This document shows positions 29,340-42,194 of a DNA stretch of 64,000 bases, one piece after another. The DNA is taken from positions 115,134,001 through 115,198,000 of the forward strand of contig OZ024740.1 of assembly GCA_964016885.1 (NCBI GenBank), given 5' to 3'. How positions within the stretch are numbered: the first letter of the stretch is position 1; each line of letters starts with the position of its first letter. The DNA is from Eledone cirrhosa. Lineage: Eukaryota. The position numbers and the translations under genes are program-made. The notes under the pieces were generated by a model. The model was not told where the DNA came from. It saw only the letters and a program-made list of their open reading frames with translations, and ran no database searches.

Positions 29340-29563
29340 AGAAAAAGAGATGAAATCGAAAATGCAACTGGAGTCTTATTTTTTTTTTAAATATATATAT
29401 ATTTATTTGGTTCCTTTACCGGTTTCGCAGTTCTTCAGACCCTCCTTCTCAACTCACCTTTTGAAAAGCAGAAGAACTGCGAAACCGGTAAAGAACGAAA
29501 TAAACATATATATTTAAAACAAAAATAAGTCTCCAGTTGCATTTTCGATTTCATCTCTTTTTC
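29340..29563. repeat. Inverted repeat (~95-bp arms) with degenerate hammerhead-like motif
   Basis: 29340-29435 vs 29471-29563; CCUU UUGAAAA GCAG AAGAA CUGC GAAAC CG GUA AAG at 29457-29493. Confidence 0.85.
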
Positions 29564-29595
29564 TATATATATATATATATATACATACATATACC

Positions 29596-29685
<90 letters not shown>

Positions 29686-29980
29686 TGTGTGTGTGTGTGT
29701 GTATCTGTATATACTTGTACGTATATATATATATATATATATATATGTACATATGTGTATGAGAATTGAGAGAAGTTTGCTTACATAATAAAGTAGGAAG
29801 AGACGTGTGTGTACGGGGAAACCTAACTTGAATTGCAGCATTCAGGTTTGTTTTGAATTACTTTGAGTATTTCTTTTCTTGAAGATTATCAACATTCTAG
29901 GAATTATTTATGCATCTATAAATAATGTGTATATATGAATATATCATATGTATGTAAATCCTATTTATATCTGAATGTAT

Positions 29981-32900
29981 ATTCCAATTTCTAATTTCTG
30001 CCGGACCGGCAACCGCTCTTTCAAACCAGTTCCTGTACACAGCTAAGTATTCTATAAGTCTCTAGCTGTGTCATTCTCGATAAAAGCACTCGATATGTAG
30101 TCCTGAAGATTTCTAACAAGAATGAAACGCGTAGATTACTTCCCTTGCTTTTATCGAGAATCTAATTGTAATACGTGACGTATTCTATTCTATAGCGATT
30201 AGGTCTTCAAAATGTTTATTATAAACATACAGAATATTTTCGAATATTCTATGTCTATATTCACATATATATCGCTATTTCAGAGCATTTATTCCAATTT
30301 CTAATTTCTGCCGGACCGGCAACCGCTCTTTCAAACCAGTTCCTGTACACAGCTAAGTATTCTATAAGTCTCTAGCTGTGTCATTCTCGATAAAAGCACT
30401 GGATATGTAGTCCTGAAGATTTCTAACAAGAATGAAACGCGTAGATTACTTCCCTTGCTTTTATCGAGAATCTAATTGTAATACGTGACGTATTCTATTC
30501 TATAGCGATTAGGTCTTCAAAATGTTTATTATAAACATACAGAATATTTTCGAATATTCTATGTCTATATTCACATATATATCGCTATTTCAGAGCATTT
30601 ATTCCAATTTCTAATTTCTGCCGGACCGGCAACCGCTCTTTCAAACCAGTTCCTGTACACAGCTAAGTATTCTATAAGTCTCTAGCTGTGTCATTCTCGA
30701 TAAAAGCACTGGATATGTAGTCCTGAAGATTTCTAACAAGAATGAAACGCGTAGATTACTTCCCTTGCTTTTATCGAGAATCTAATTGTAATACGTGACG
30801 TATTCTATTCTATAGCGATTAGGTCTTCAAAATGTTTATTATAAACATACAGAATATTTTCGAATATTCTATGTCTATATTCACATATATATCGCTATTT
30901 CAGAGCATTTATTCCAATTTCTAATTTCTGCCGGACCGGCAACCGCTCTTTCAAACCAGTTCCTGTACACAGCTAAGTATTCTATAAGTCTCTAGCTGTG
31001 TCATTCTCGATAAAAGCACTGGATATGTAGTCCTGAAGATTTCTAACAAGAATGAAACGCGTAGATTACTTCCCTTGCTTTTATCGAGAATCTAATTGTA
31101 ATACGTGACGTATTCTATTCTATAGCGATTAGGTCTTCAAAATGTTTATTATAAACATACAGAATATTTTCGAATATTCTATGTCTATATTCACATATAT
31201 ATCGCTATTTCAGAGCATTTATTCCAATTTCTAATTTCTGCCGGACCGGCAACCGCTCTTTCAAACCAGTTCCTGTACACAGCTAAGTATTCTATAAGTC
31301 TCTAGCTGTGTCATTCTCGATAAAAGCACTCGATATGTAGTCCTGAAGATTTCTAACAAGAATGAAACGCGTAGATTACTTCCCTTGCTTTTATCGAGAA
31401 TCTAATTGTAATACGTGACGTATTCTATTCTATAGCGATTAGGTCTTCAAAATGTTTATTATAAACATACAGAATATTTTCGAATATTCTATGTCTATAT
31501 TCACATATATATCGCTATTTCAGAGCATTTATTCCAATTTCTAATTTCTGCCGGACCGGCAACCGCTCTTTCAAACCAGTTCCTGTACACAGCTAAGTAT
31601 TCTATAAGTCTCTAGCTGTGTCATTCTCGATAAAAGCACTGGATATGTAGTCCTGAAGATTTCTAACAAGAATGAAACGCGTAGATTACTTCCCTTGCTT
31701 TTATCGAGAATCTAATTGTAATACGTGACGTATTCTATTCTATAGCGATTAGGTCTTCAAAATGTTTATTATAAACATACAGAATATTTTCGAATATTCT
31801 ATGTCTATATTCACATATATATCGCTATTTCAGAGCATTTATTCCAATTTCTAATTTCTGCCGGACCGGCAACCGCTCTTTCAAACCAGTTCCTGTACAC
31901 AGCTAAGTATTCTATAAGTCTCTAGCTGTGTCATTCTCGATAAAAGCACTGGATATGTAGTCCTGAAGATTTCTAACAAGAATGAAACGCGTAGATTACT
32001 TCCCTTGCTTTTATCGAGAATCTAATTGTAATACGTGACGTATTCTATTCTATAGCGATTAGGTCTTCAAAATGTTTATTATAAACATACAGAATATTTT
32101 CGAATATTCTATGTCTATATTCACATATATATCGCTATTTCAGAGCATTTATTCCAATTTCTAATTTCTGCCGGACCGGCAACCGCTCTTTCAAACCAGT
32201 TCCTGTACACAGCTAAGTATTCTATAAGTCTCTAGCTGTGTCATTCTCGATAAAAGCACTGGATATGTAGTCCTGAAGATTTCTAACAAGAATGAAACGC
32301 GTAGATTACTTCCCTTGCTTTTATCGAGAATCTAATTGTAATACGTGACGTATTCTATTCTATAGCGATTAGGTCTTCAAAATGTTTATTATAAACATAC
32401 AGAATATTTTCGAATATTCTATGTCTATATTCACATATATATCGCTATTTCAGAGCATTTATTCCAATTTCTAATTTCTGCCGGACCGGCAACCGCTCTT
32501 TCAAACCAGTTCCTGTACACAGCTAAGTATTCTATAAGTCTCTAGCTGTGTCATTCTCGATAAAAGCACTGGATATGTAGTCCTGAAGATTTCTAACAAG
32601 AATGAAACGCGTAGATTACTTCCCTTGCTTTTATCGAGAATCTAATTGTAATACGTGACGTATTCTATTCTATAGCGATTAGGTCTTCAAAATGTTTATT
32701 ATAAACATACAGAATATTTTCGAATATTCTATGTCTATATTCACATATATATCGCTATTTCAGAGCATTTATTCCAATTTCTAATTTCTGCCGGACCGGC
32801 AACCGCTCTTTCAAACCAGTTCCTGTACACAGCTAAGTATTCTATAAGTCTCTAGCTGTGTCATTCTCGATAAAAGCACTCGATATGTAGTCCTGAAGAT

Positions 32901-33357
32901 TTCTAACAAGAATGAAACGCGTAGATTACTTCCCTTGCTTTTATCGAGAATCTAATTGTAATACGTGACGTATTCTATTCTATAGCGATTAGGTCTTCAA
33001 AATGTTTATTATAAACATACAGAATATTTTCGAATATTCTATGTCTATATTCACATATATATCGCTATTTCAGAGCATTTATTCCAATTTCTAATTTCTG
33101 CCGGACCGGCAACCGCTCTTTCAAACCAGTTCCTGTACACAGCTAAGTATTCTATAAGTCTCTAGCTGTGTCATTCTCGATAAAAGCACTGGATATGTAG
33201 TCCTGAAGATTTCTAACAAGAATGAAACGCGTAGATTACTTCCCTTGCTTTTATCGAGAATCTAATTGTAATACGTGACGTATTCTATTCTATAGCGATT
33301 AGGTCTTCAAAATGTTTATTATAAACATACAGAATATTTTCGAATATTCTATGTCTA

Positions 33358-33360
<3 letters not shown>
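29981..33360 (+). mobile_element. 310-bp tandem array (~10.9 units), each unit with a hammerhead ribozyme: candidate non-LTR retrozyme
   Basis: Unit starts at 29981+310n (n=0-10); units appear identical except one C/G site; no ORF of 60 aa or more inside; runs into (TA)n at the 3' end. Confidence 0.9.
30097..30139 (+). ncRNA. Hammerhead ribozyme, first of 11 copies (30097+310n)
   Basis: GUAGUC CUGAAGA U UUCU AACA AGAA U GAAAC GC GUA GAUUAC; predicted cleavage after A30133; enclosed by a perfect 16-bp inverted repeat 30073-30088/30146-30161. Confidence 0.9.
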
Positions 33361-33419
<59 letters not shown>

Positions 33420-33629
33420 TACATATATATATATATATACGTATGTATATATATACATACATACATTCATACATACATACATACATACATACTTACATAC
33501 ATGCATACATACACATATGTTCATACACACACATTTATAAAAATTCTTGAAACAAACTCAAAACTGTTACATGTACAATAGGAGTTTGTGTAATTTCTTA
33601 TTCCCCTACCTGATTAGTTATATATATAT

Positions 33630-33748
<119 letters not shown>

Positions 33749-33794
33749 TGTATGTATATAAATATGTATATATGTATGTATACATATATATATG

Positions 33795-33830
<36 letters not shown>

Positions 33831-33952
33831 TATATCAAGATAAGCAGAACAAGTAAAATTCAACCAATTTTTCAAAATAAATCAAAATTAATATACAATT
33901 AAAATTAAGCAAAATTAAAAAATATAATATAAATATTTACCTATTCAAATGG

Positions 33953-34031
33953 CCCTAACTGTACAGTTTCACGGTGCAAAACATTAAATATCACGAGGAT
34001 ATTAATGGAAAAGCAACGATCATCAGAGAAG
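33953..34031 (-). ncRNA. Hammerhead motif with long stem II
   Basis: UUCU CUGAUGA U CGUUGC..CAUUAAUAUC..GAUAUUUAAUG..GCACCG U GAAAC UGUACA GUU AGGG; palindromic stem III ACUGUACAGU. Confidence 0.7.
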
Positions 34032-34694
34032 CATTTTCCTGTCCTAGGGTTAAAAACCCCAGGAACGACAAAATATATGACCTCACTCCAACTAATACAG
34101 GTCTAAAAGGTCGTGAAAGTGACCCGTAAATACATTGGTGTATAGTGAAGGCGGGAAATCGTAGACTCGCCGTCTATAATCGCTACTAAAAAAGATTTTT
34201 AGCAACTAAATAGATCGACAAAGATTTATCTCTACATACTGGAGATTATTGAATAAGGTTAATATAGATAATAATATAAATAAGGTTAATATAGATATAG
34301 ATATATATATAGTTTTGCGAGGTTTTTTATATGAAATCGTGTGTCGAAACAGATATTGTTATACTTGGGGAGGGTCATATTTGCGTAATATTGCCAGAAT
34401 TAATAACAGAACACACTCACTGTTTGGTTGGTTTTCGCTTCTCGCTGTCTTTTATTATATCTGCGATCTAACTTACTCGGTCCTCAATGTTGCCATTGAC
34501 TGACCGGCGGTCAAAAATAGTACAGATACAATATAGACACAAACACATATATATATATATAGTTTACATAATTTACATAAATCTTTCGTTGCACATCTGC
34601 AGTAAATATCTATGGGAACACTTTAATCAGCGAACAAGAACAACAAATCCTAAGGTTACCACCAAAATTTGCCATCTACAAAAAGATTAACCCT

Positions 34695-37642
34695 ATGGAA
34701 TGCAAAACGGAGCTGGAAAAGTGTTTCACAAAAATACGTTGGAATGCAAAGGTAAACAACAACAACAATAATAACGGTAGTAATAATATAAACAATAACT
34801 CTGGGTATAGAAATAACAGCCATAACCATAACAATGGCAGGAAAGTGAGAAATAGTGATAATGGCAATAATACTAGCGATAGACGGAACAACAACAACCA
34901 CAATAATAATAATAATAGAAACGTTAACCACAGACACAGCAACAGTGACCACAGTAGTAATAACGGTAACAATACGAACAACAACAACAATAACCACAGT
35001 GGTAATAATGAAAATAGTACATGTAGCAACATCAACAAAAACAAGAAACATAATAATAGTAACAACCACAATGGTAGAAATAGCAGTAACAACAACAACA
35101 ATAACGGTGAAGTAAACAACAATACATCTAGCAATCATAACAATAATAATAATAATGCTAATGATAGAAACAACAACAACCACCATGATAACAATAATAG
35201 CAACACACACAACTATGACGATAGAAATAACGACAACCCCTTAGAGAAACTATTTTTCAACCCAGCTGACAAAACATATAAGATGGGTAATATCTATCCT
35301 ACGAGGTTACCCTTTAATAAAAGAGTTTGCATACCACAGCAAATAGATGACGAGACGGAGGCACAGTTCACCATAGCTAGAAATAAGATTAGACAGGTAG
35401 TAGACAGGTACACTATGAGACAGAGCAGACCAGAGGCCCAACAACTTGGGAGAAAACCTGTAGAAGGCTTGGTTAGCCTCAAGCAGCGCACAAGGGATGG
35501 TGAGGTAGTGTGTCTACCCACAGATAAGTCTGGTAGGATGTCAATAGATAGCATGCCGAACTACATCGAGGCAATGCAACCCCACATCACCAACACGAGC
35601 GAAGTTGCACAAATAACACACGATGGGAGAGAAAAAATCCTCAACGCTCACATGATGATGTGGACTGACATCCTAAAGCCAAGCAGACGCACTGCCAACA
35701 ACTTCCAGGCGTCTAACAATGGCATACCACCCTTGTATGGGCTCCGCAAAGACCACAAGACAGTCGACGACCCGACAACAGGACCACCAACAAGACCCGT
35801 ATGCGGAGCTAATATAGCTAGCAACTACAGGATCTCCTACTTCCTCTCAATGGTTATACGCCCCATAATCAAGATGTCCCCAGATGTATGTGAAAGTACA
35901 GAGGACCTCCTCAGCAGAATCAGTGAGTGCAACAAAAACAGGAGCCTATCCAACTGCATAATAGGCAGCATGGATGTAGTGTCACTGTACCCATCCATTA
36001 ACATTGATTTTGCTGTGAAAAGATGTGTGGAGATGATCATTGAGAGTGAGGTGGAGTTCTGCGACGTCGACACAGACGAACTGGGCCTCCTACTTAGACT
36101 TACCTACGACACTGACTACCTAGACAGCCATGACCTTAGATGTTTCTGCCCTAGTAGACCAATAAGAGATAGACCCCCACCATAACCTCAATGGCTAAAA
36201 AGACTCCCATAGGAAGGTGGATTGGGTGGACCAAAGCCATACGGACCCCCCAAAACACTGATCAGGTAAGAAAAATGGTCGCACATGCAATAGGGGCTAG
36301 TATCAAAACTACCCTAAAGGGCCACATATTTAAGTTCAATGAGAAAATCTACATCCAAAATGAGGGAGCAGCCATCGGCGTCAGCATAGCTGGTGATGTT
36401 GCCAACCTTTTCATGGTATGGTGGGAAAGGAGACTTAAAGATCTCCTTAATGAAAGCTCCATAGACCTCATCATGTACTCTCGTTATGTAGATGATATCA
36501 ATATAGTTATAAGAACACCCCCACTAGAGAGCACTAACAAGTTCGATTTAGAACGTAGCACGATGGAAAGCATCCAGCAGATAGCTAATTCCATACACCA
36601 GAGTATAACTGTAACTATAGACTTCCCTTCCAAACACCCTAACAATAGACTACCTGTATTAGACACAGAACTCTGGATTAACACTATAGACGAGAGAGCC
36701 CAAATTCTCCACTCACACTATGCTAAACCCATGGCCTCCAAATACCTGATACTCAAAAACTCAGCAATGTCCAGTAGTGCTAAGTTTAATATTCTGATCG
36801 CAGATTTGGTACGAGTGATGAAGAATGTGTCCAGCATGTGCGACCCAACAGAAATGGAAGGACACATCCAACACTTCATCAACCGCATGCAGTTCTCTGG
36901 CTACAACCAAAGAGACAGAGTCAGAGTATACGAAGGAGCCATGGAAAAGTATAAGACCCTCATAGAACTGGACATGAAAGGAATCTGCCCACTATACAGG
37001 AGCAAATCATGGAATAGCTTAGATAGGGCTAGACATAAGATAGGGAAGGCCACATCATGGTACGACAACCAGAGATATCAGAGTGTCATGTTTGTGGACG
37101 CCACCCCTGGAGGGAAATTAGCTAACCAGTGTAGAAAGGCCCTGAGAAAGACCCACTTAAAAATAAAGGTGGTAGAAAAGCCAGGAACCACCATAAAATC
37201 CCTGATCAGCAAAACCTACCCTTTTAAGAAAACCCACTGTACCAATAGGAAGTGTATCATATGTAAGGTGAACCCCCGGATAAACTGTAAAACTAGAAAC
37301 GTAGTCTATAGCATAAGATGTACAGAGGGTACTTGCAGAAACATGACAACAACATACATAGGTGAGACAGCTCGTAGCATAGGTGAAAGGATAGACCAAC
37401 ACTGGGGGGAACTAAAAGGACGAAAAAACGGGTCAGTACTATACGAACATGCTAGACAACAACATGACGGTAACATAGACAACATAGAAATTAGAATAAT
37501 ATCTAAACTTAGGAATGACCCAGCAGATAGGCAAATCAGAGAGGCCAGTGAAATAGAAATTAGAAGACCAAAGCTAAACAGAAAGAATGAGTGGAACAAC
37601 AACAACACCCAAACAAACAACACTGACCTAAGAGAAGTATAA
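34695..37642 (+). pseudogene. PLE reverse transcriptase + C-terminal GIY-YIG endonuclease (one frameshift near 36180)
   Basis: PTDKSG, LYGLRKDHK, TRPVCGA, GSMDVVSLYPSI, QNEGAAIG, RYVDDI, LPVLD, CxxxxCxxC..C, NVVYSI.C, YIGETARS..ER..QH. Confidence 0.92.
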
Positions 37643-37925
37643 ATAAGTAAATAAAATAAAATAAAATAAGATAAATAAATACATACACAAGCACAATAAC
37701 AACAAGCACATAAACACACACTAGTCACCCAGCAGACACAACACTATACACACTAGTCACACATCACACATAACACTATACACACACGCAAACGCATGCG
37801 CAAAAAAGACAAAAAAAAAATAAAATAAGATAAACAAACAAGCAAATAAATAAATAAATATATAGACAGACTGAATAAAAAATGGCGTAGGCATACAACA
37901 CAACAGGAGGAACAATGAATATAAC

Positions 37926-37966
37926 ACCACTGACGATGTTGCAGATGTGCAACGAAAGATTTATGT
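37926..37966 (+). ncRNA. Hammerhead-like motif in the PLE 3' pseudo-LTR
   Basis: CUGACGA U GUUGCA GAUG UGCAAC GAAA GAUUUA UGU; strong stem II, weak stems I and III. Confidence 0.6.
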
Positions 37967-38442
37967 AAATTATGTAAACTATATATATATATATGTGTTT
38001 GTGTCTATATTGTATCTGTATTATTTTTGACCGCCGGTCAGTCAATGGCAACATTGAGGACCGAGTAAGTTAGATCGCAGATATAATAAAAGACAGCGAG
38101 AAGCGAAAACCAACCAAACAGTGAGTGTGTTCTGTTATTAATTCTGGCAATATTACGCAAATATGACCCTCCCCAAGTATAACGATATATATATATATTT
38201 GAACAAAAAACTCATTTACTCATGAAGTATTATCTTCTTTTAGCGCCACCTACCATCTTTTCTTTCGAATTATTGCTTTTGTTATTTTTGTCTTCTTCTT
38301 CTTCTTCTTCTTCTTCTTCTTCTTCTTCTTCTTCTTCTTCTTCTTCTTCTTCTTCTCCACCTCACCTCCTCCTCATCATCATCATCATCATCATAAACAT
38401 CTTAAACACCATCATTAATATTATTATTATTATTATTATTAT

Positions 38443-39454
38443 TTGACGGAGCTGCAGTCCTGGGTCAAGCGAAGACCGAGAGGGAGCGCCTGGAGACTGG
38501 AATGTCTTCAGGCGCTCACAGCCCTCGACCAATCGGGCAATGTGATCGGTGGAAACTCCACCTCGGCGTTCTATAGAGGATTAGTGGAGGGGAAGAGCGA
38601 CGACGTACTTGGGGAAACTCTAGGCGTCGACGAAAATCAACTAGCCAATCACTTCGGAAGAACTTTCGGGCCAGGGCCTATGGACAACTTCCAGAAATCT
38701 CTGGCCTGGCAGTGCTACCGAGGAGCCTTGCCAGTTCGGGATAAACTCTACAGGCATGGAGGTGCCGTCAGCCGGGCATGTCCGAGATGCGCGCAGGGCG
38801 ACGAAACCGTCCTGCACGCACTCGTCCAGTGTCCGAAAATTGCTGACTTGTGGGTTTATGTCGAACACCTGCTGTCGCGTTTAGGACGGATCCGGCTATC
38901 ATCTGAGTCCATCGTGAGGATTGCCCCGCCCTCCTCCTTTAGCCGGGAAGGGCAGGCAGTTTTTATCTGTCTGGTGGCCATGGCGAAAGAGATAGTATGG
39001 TGGACACGTTTGAAAGGGCTGAAGACGAGCACTTACCTCTTCGGTGATGCTCTGATTGACTTTTTCAAATTTCATTTGAAAAGGAAAATCAGAGTAGAGA
39101 GGGAAGTGCTCTCTTCCCAGCATTTTGTTGAAAGATGGGTGAGAGAAGCAAGAATGGCCCGAGTGAATGGGCCTACTCTGAGTATATATCTGTAAATTAA
39201 AGGTGGAAAACTGGGAGAGGGCACTTGCCTTGGTGGTCAGGGTCATTGTGGCTTTTTACTGGGCTTTCTCCACAAATGTCCCTCCGAAGTCTCCCCCCTA
39301 TTGGGGAATTTTTCATTGTTATTTTCATTGTTATTTTTGTTACATCCTCTGTTTTTGTTTTTTACACGCAGAAATGCCCATTTGTACCGTCCTGCATTGT
39401 CCTGCACTGTCCTTAATGTCTACTTTATGTAAACCCTTGTGGTTAATAAAGAAA

Positions 39455-39456
<2 letters not shown>
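38443..39456 (+). mobile_element. 5'-truncated Tx1/L1-like LINE (zf-RVT C-terminus + 3' UTR) in (ATT)n
   Basis: ALPVRDKL..CPRC...ETVLHALVQC; near-identical to 48150-48540; AATAAA then (ATT)n; ATT repeats on both flanks. Confidence 0.9.
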
Positions 39457-39500
<44 letters not shown>

Positions 39501-39807
39501 AGTTATTGTTGTTGTTATTATTCATTCGTTTGTTCATCTTCAATAAATAATTGTCACTGGAATTGTAGTTCAGTTACTACTACTGAAAATATGCCCCAAA
39601 GCTTAATTGGTTGATAATAGAAGCAGAAACTGTACCAACTCAGCTGAAAGTGTCTTGGCAGCTGGGATATTTCCATAAGTTTTACATGAACCTATACTAG
39701 ACTTTCATCTTTTTCTTTCTTTGCTTTTCCTACCCTTTCTTTTCCATTGATTTTCTCCTACATAATTTTTGTCATTTTTAGTTTTATTTCATACATCTTC
39801 AAATTAT

Positions 39808-39901
<94 letters not shown>

Positions 39902-39995
39902 GATGTGTGTATATATATATACGTGGTGTGTGTCTGAGAGAAAGAGTGTGTGTGTAAGTGTGTGTATGTATGCATACATATATGTATGTACATAT

Positions 39996-40059
<64 letters not shown>

Positions 40060-40181
40060 CTGTGTTTATATATGTATATATATATATATGAGTGTGTTTG
40101 TGTATATATATATATATACATATATACTGATTAGGGTTGTCGTAGTTGTTCTAGTAAGTTGAGTGTCATTTTAGTTTCACT

Positions 40182-40242
<61 letters not shown>

Positions 40243-40374
40243 TAAATCTACCAAAATGTACGGTAGTGTCCAATCCGTATGAAGAACTCAATGTAATCCG
40301 AATATCATGAAAAGAGAAGATGTATTCAAAAATTTTTTTCGATGAAAAATACAGGAAAACAGAGTCAAGATAAA

Positions 40375-41002
40375 TTAATAAAAATAATGAATAAACAAAG
40401 AAACAGTTCCTTATATTAATAAATTCATCATTTTACGATCGTTTCTAGGATATATATGTTAGTGTTGGTATGCATATCATATAGATCTATGTAAAAAAAC
40501 TTACAAACTATCAGAAGGAATATACATACCTACACATATATATGCTGTCTTCAGAAATAATGATATTTGTTTATTGAAAAAAACCAACAAAGATTTAATA
40601 CAATAGGTCTGTTTGGGAACAGGTTTTGAATTGACCAATAGAAAGATAGTGAAGGTCAGGATGGTAAAATAGTAGTAATAGAGCCTTAATTTAGGGGTAG
40701 AGGAAGGTAGATTTCAGTTTTGGATGGAAAGAATATTATGAATGAAAGATTATTTTAGGGATGAAAATAGGTCATATGCTGTCTTCAGAAATAATTATAT
40801 TTGTTCATTGAATAAAACCAACAAAGATTTAATATAATAATGCTGAAGACAGCATATATGTGTGTAGGTATGTATATTCCTTCTGATAGTTTGTAACATT
40901 TTTACATAGATCTATATGATATGCATACCAACACTAACATATATATCCTAGAAACGATCGTAAAATGATGATTTTTTTTAATATAAGGAACTGTTTCTTT
41001 GT
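40375..41002. repeat. Inverted repeat (~180-bp arms) with internal direct repeat; hammerhead-bearing
   Basis: 40375-40554 is the reverse complement of 40843-41002; CATATGCTGTCTTCAGAAATAAT recurs at ~40773. Confidence 0.88.
40426..40562 (-). ncRNA. Hammerhead motif with ~100-nt domain II
   Basis: CAUUAUUU CUGAAGA [~100 nt] GAAAC GAUC GUA AAAUGAUG; 8-bp stem I, palindromic stem III ACGAUCGU. Confidence 0.7.
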
Positions 41003-41018
41003 TTATTCATTATTTTTA

Positions 41019-41054
<36 letters not shown>

Positions 41055-41259
41055 GGAGGTGAGTTTTATTGTAGTACAATAAAGCAATGCAGATATCGGA
41101 TAAGAAGCACTCTATAATTTGTAGGACTGGAGTATAAATAATATATAAGATCAAAAGATGGTTAAAAGAGTTCCATGTATTTTTACATGTTGATTTTACA
41201 TGTTGATTTAAAACTGCACTATTCACAAGTGTGTTTTAACCCTCATATCATGTCTCCCT

Positions 41260-41328
41260 ATTTTATCTGACGAAAACGCAAATGTTATTGCATGATGATA
41301 TTTGTTTTTGAAATGCGCATAATAAAAT
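41260..41328 (+). ncRNA. Hammerhead ribozyme motif with long stem II
   Basis: AUUUUAU CUGACGA AAACGCAAAUGUUAU..GAUAUUUGUUUUU GAAA UGCGC AUA AUAAAAU; 7-bp stem I, palindromic stem III AUGCGCAU; lies within inverted repeat 41138-41186/41322-41370. Confidence 0.8.
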
Positions 41329-41359
41329 ACATGGAACTCTTTTAACCATCTTTTGATCT

Positions 41360-41406
<47 letters not shown>

Positions 41407-41431
41407 CATATATATATATACATATATATAC

Positions 41432-41600
41432 CATATGTTTAACATTTTGAAGACCTTGTGCTATTATTTTAAAGTAGTGACTATGTCACTTACTTCTTTT
41501 TTCGGCAAAGGAAGAGAGAGAAGCTTACAGATTCTGTTTCACACTGTTGGTGATCCTCAGTGAAACGTTTGTCTTGCTTCATAAAATTTTGAATTTCGTT
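41432..41600 (-). mobile_element. Diverged solo relative of the 310-bp retrozyme-like unit with hammerhead core (41521-41560)
   Basis: Minus: CUGAGGA U CAC CAACA GUG U GAAAC AGAAUCU GUA ... CTTCCTTTGC ... GTGAC ... AGGTCTTCAAAATGTT, in the same order as the array unit. Confidence 0.65.
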
Positions 41601-41664
41601 CATATTCACTCATTTCTTATATTTTCTTCAATTTTTTCTACATCAACTTAGCAAATAAAGCATT

Positions 41665-42136
41665 GTGGATCGGCGGACTCGGTAGAGCGTCGGACATCAT
41701 GCTTCGTGACATCGTATCACGGTTTTTTACCTTCAAAAGCTGCCCAGGTTAGATTTGAATTTCATCTTTACGGGGTCGATAAAATAAAGTACCAGTGATG
41801 CACTGAGGTCGATTTTATCGACTTTCTTCTTCCCCCAAATTTGATGGCCTTGAAAGAAACCATTATTAAAGGCGGTGGATTGGCAGTATCGGTTGAGGGT
41901 CGAACACCATGCTTTGCAGCAAAGAGTTACGGCCCTTTACGGTCTGAGTTCAAATCCCGCCGAGGTTATCTTTGCCTTTCATCCTTACGGGGTCGATAAA
42001 ATAAAGTACCAGTCACACACTGGAGTCGATTTAATTGACTTTCCCTTTCCCCTTCCCCAATAATTGATGGGTTTGTGCTTATATAAGAAACCATTATTAG
42101 AGGGGTAGATTGGCAGTATCGGTAGAATGTGCTGGT

Positions 42137-42194
<58 letters not shown>

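Larger units (their letters stand above)
34310..38185 (+). mobile_element. Penelope-like element, 5'-truncated, with inverted 5' pseudo-LTR (34310-34600) and 3' pseudo-LTR (37867-38185)
   Basis: RT + GIY-YIG ORF; inverted terminal copies; TA-rich flanks. Confidence 0.93.

Noticed and set aside
29981-33360. CRISPR array, or rDNA/5S/tRNA/snRNA tandem cluster
   Set aside because: Units are identical with no unique spacers and no cas genes; no recognisable rRNA, tRNA or snRNA sequence; eukaryotic context.
34656-35210. Hydrophobic minus-strand ORFs (poly-V/I/L) resembling membrane proteins
   Set aside because: They are the antisense of the Asn-rich repeat in the PLE ORF.
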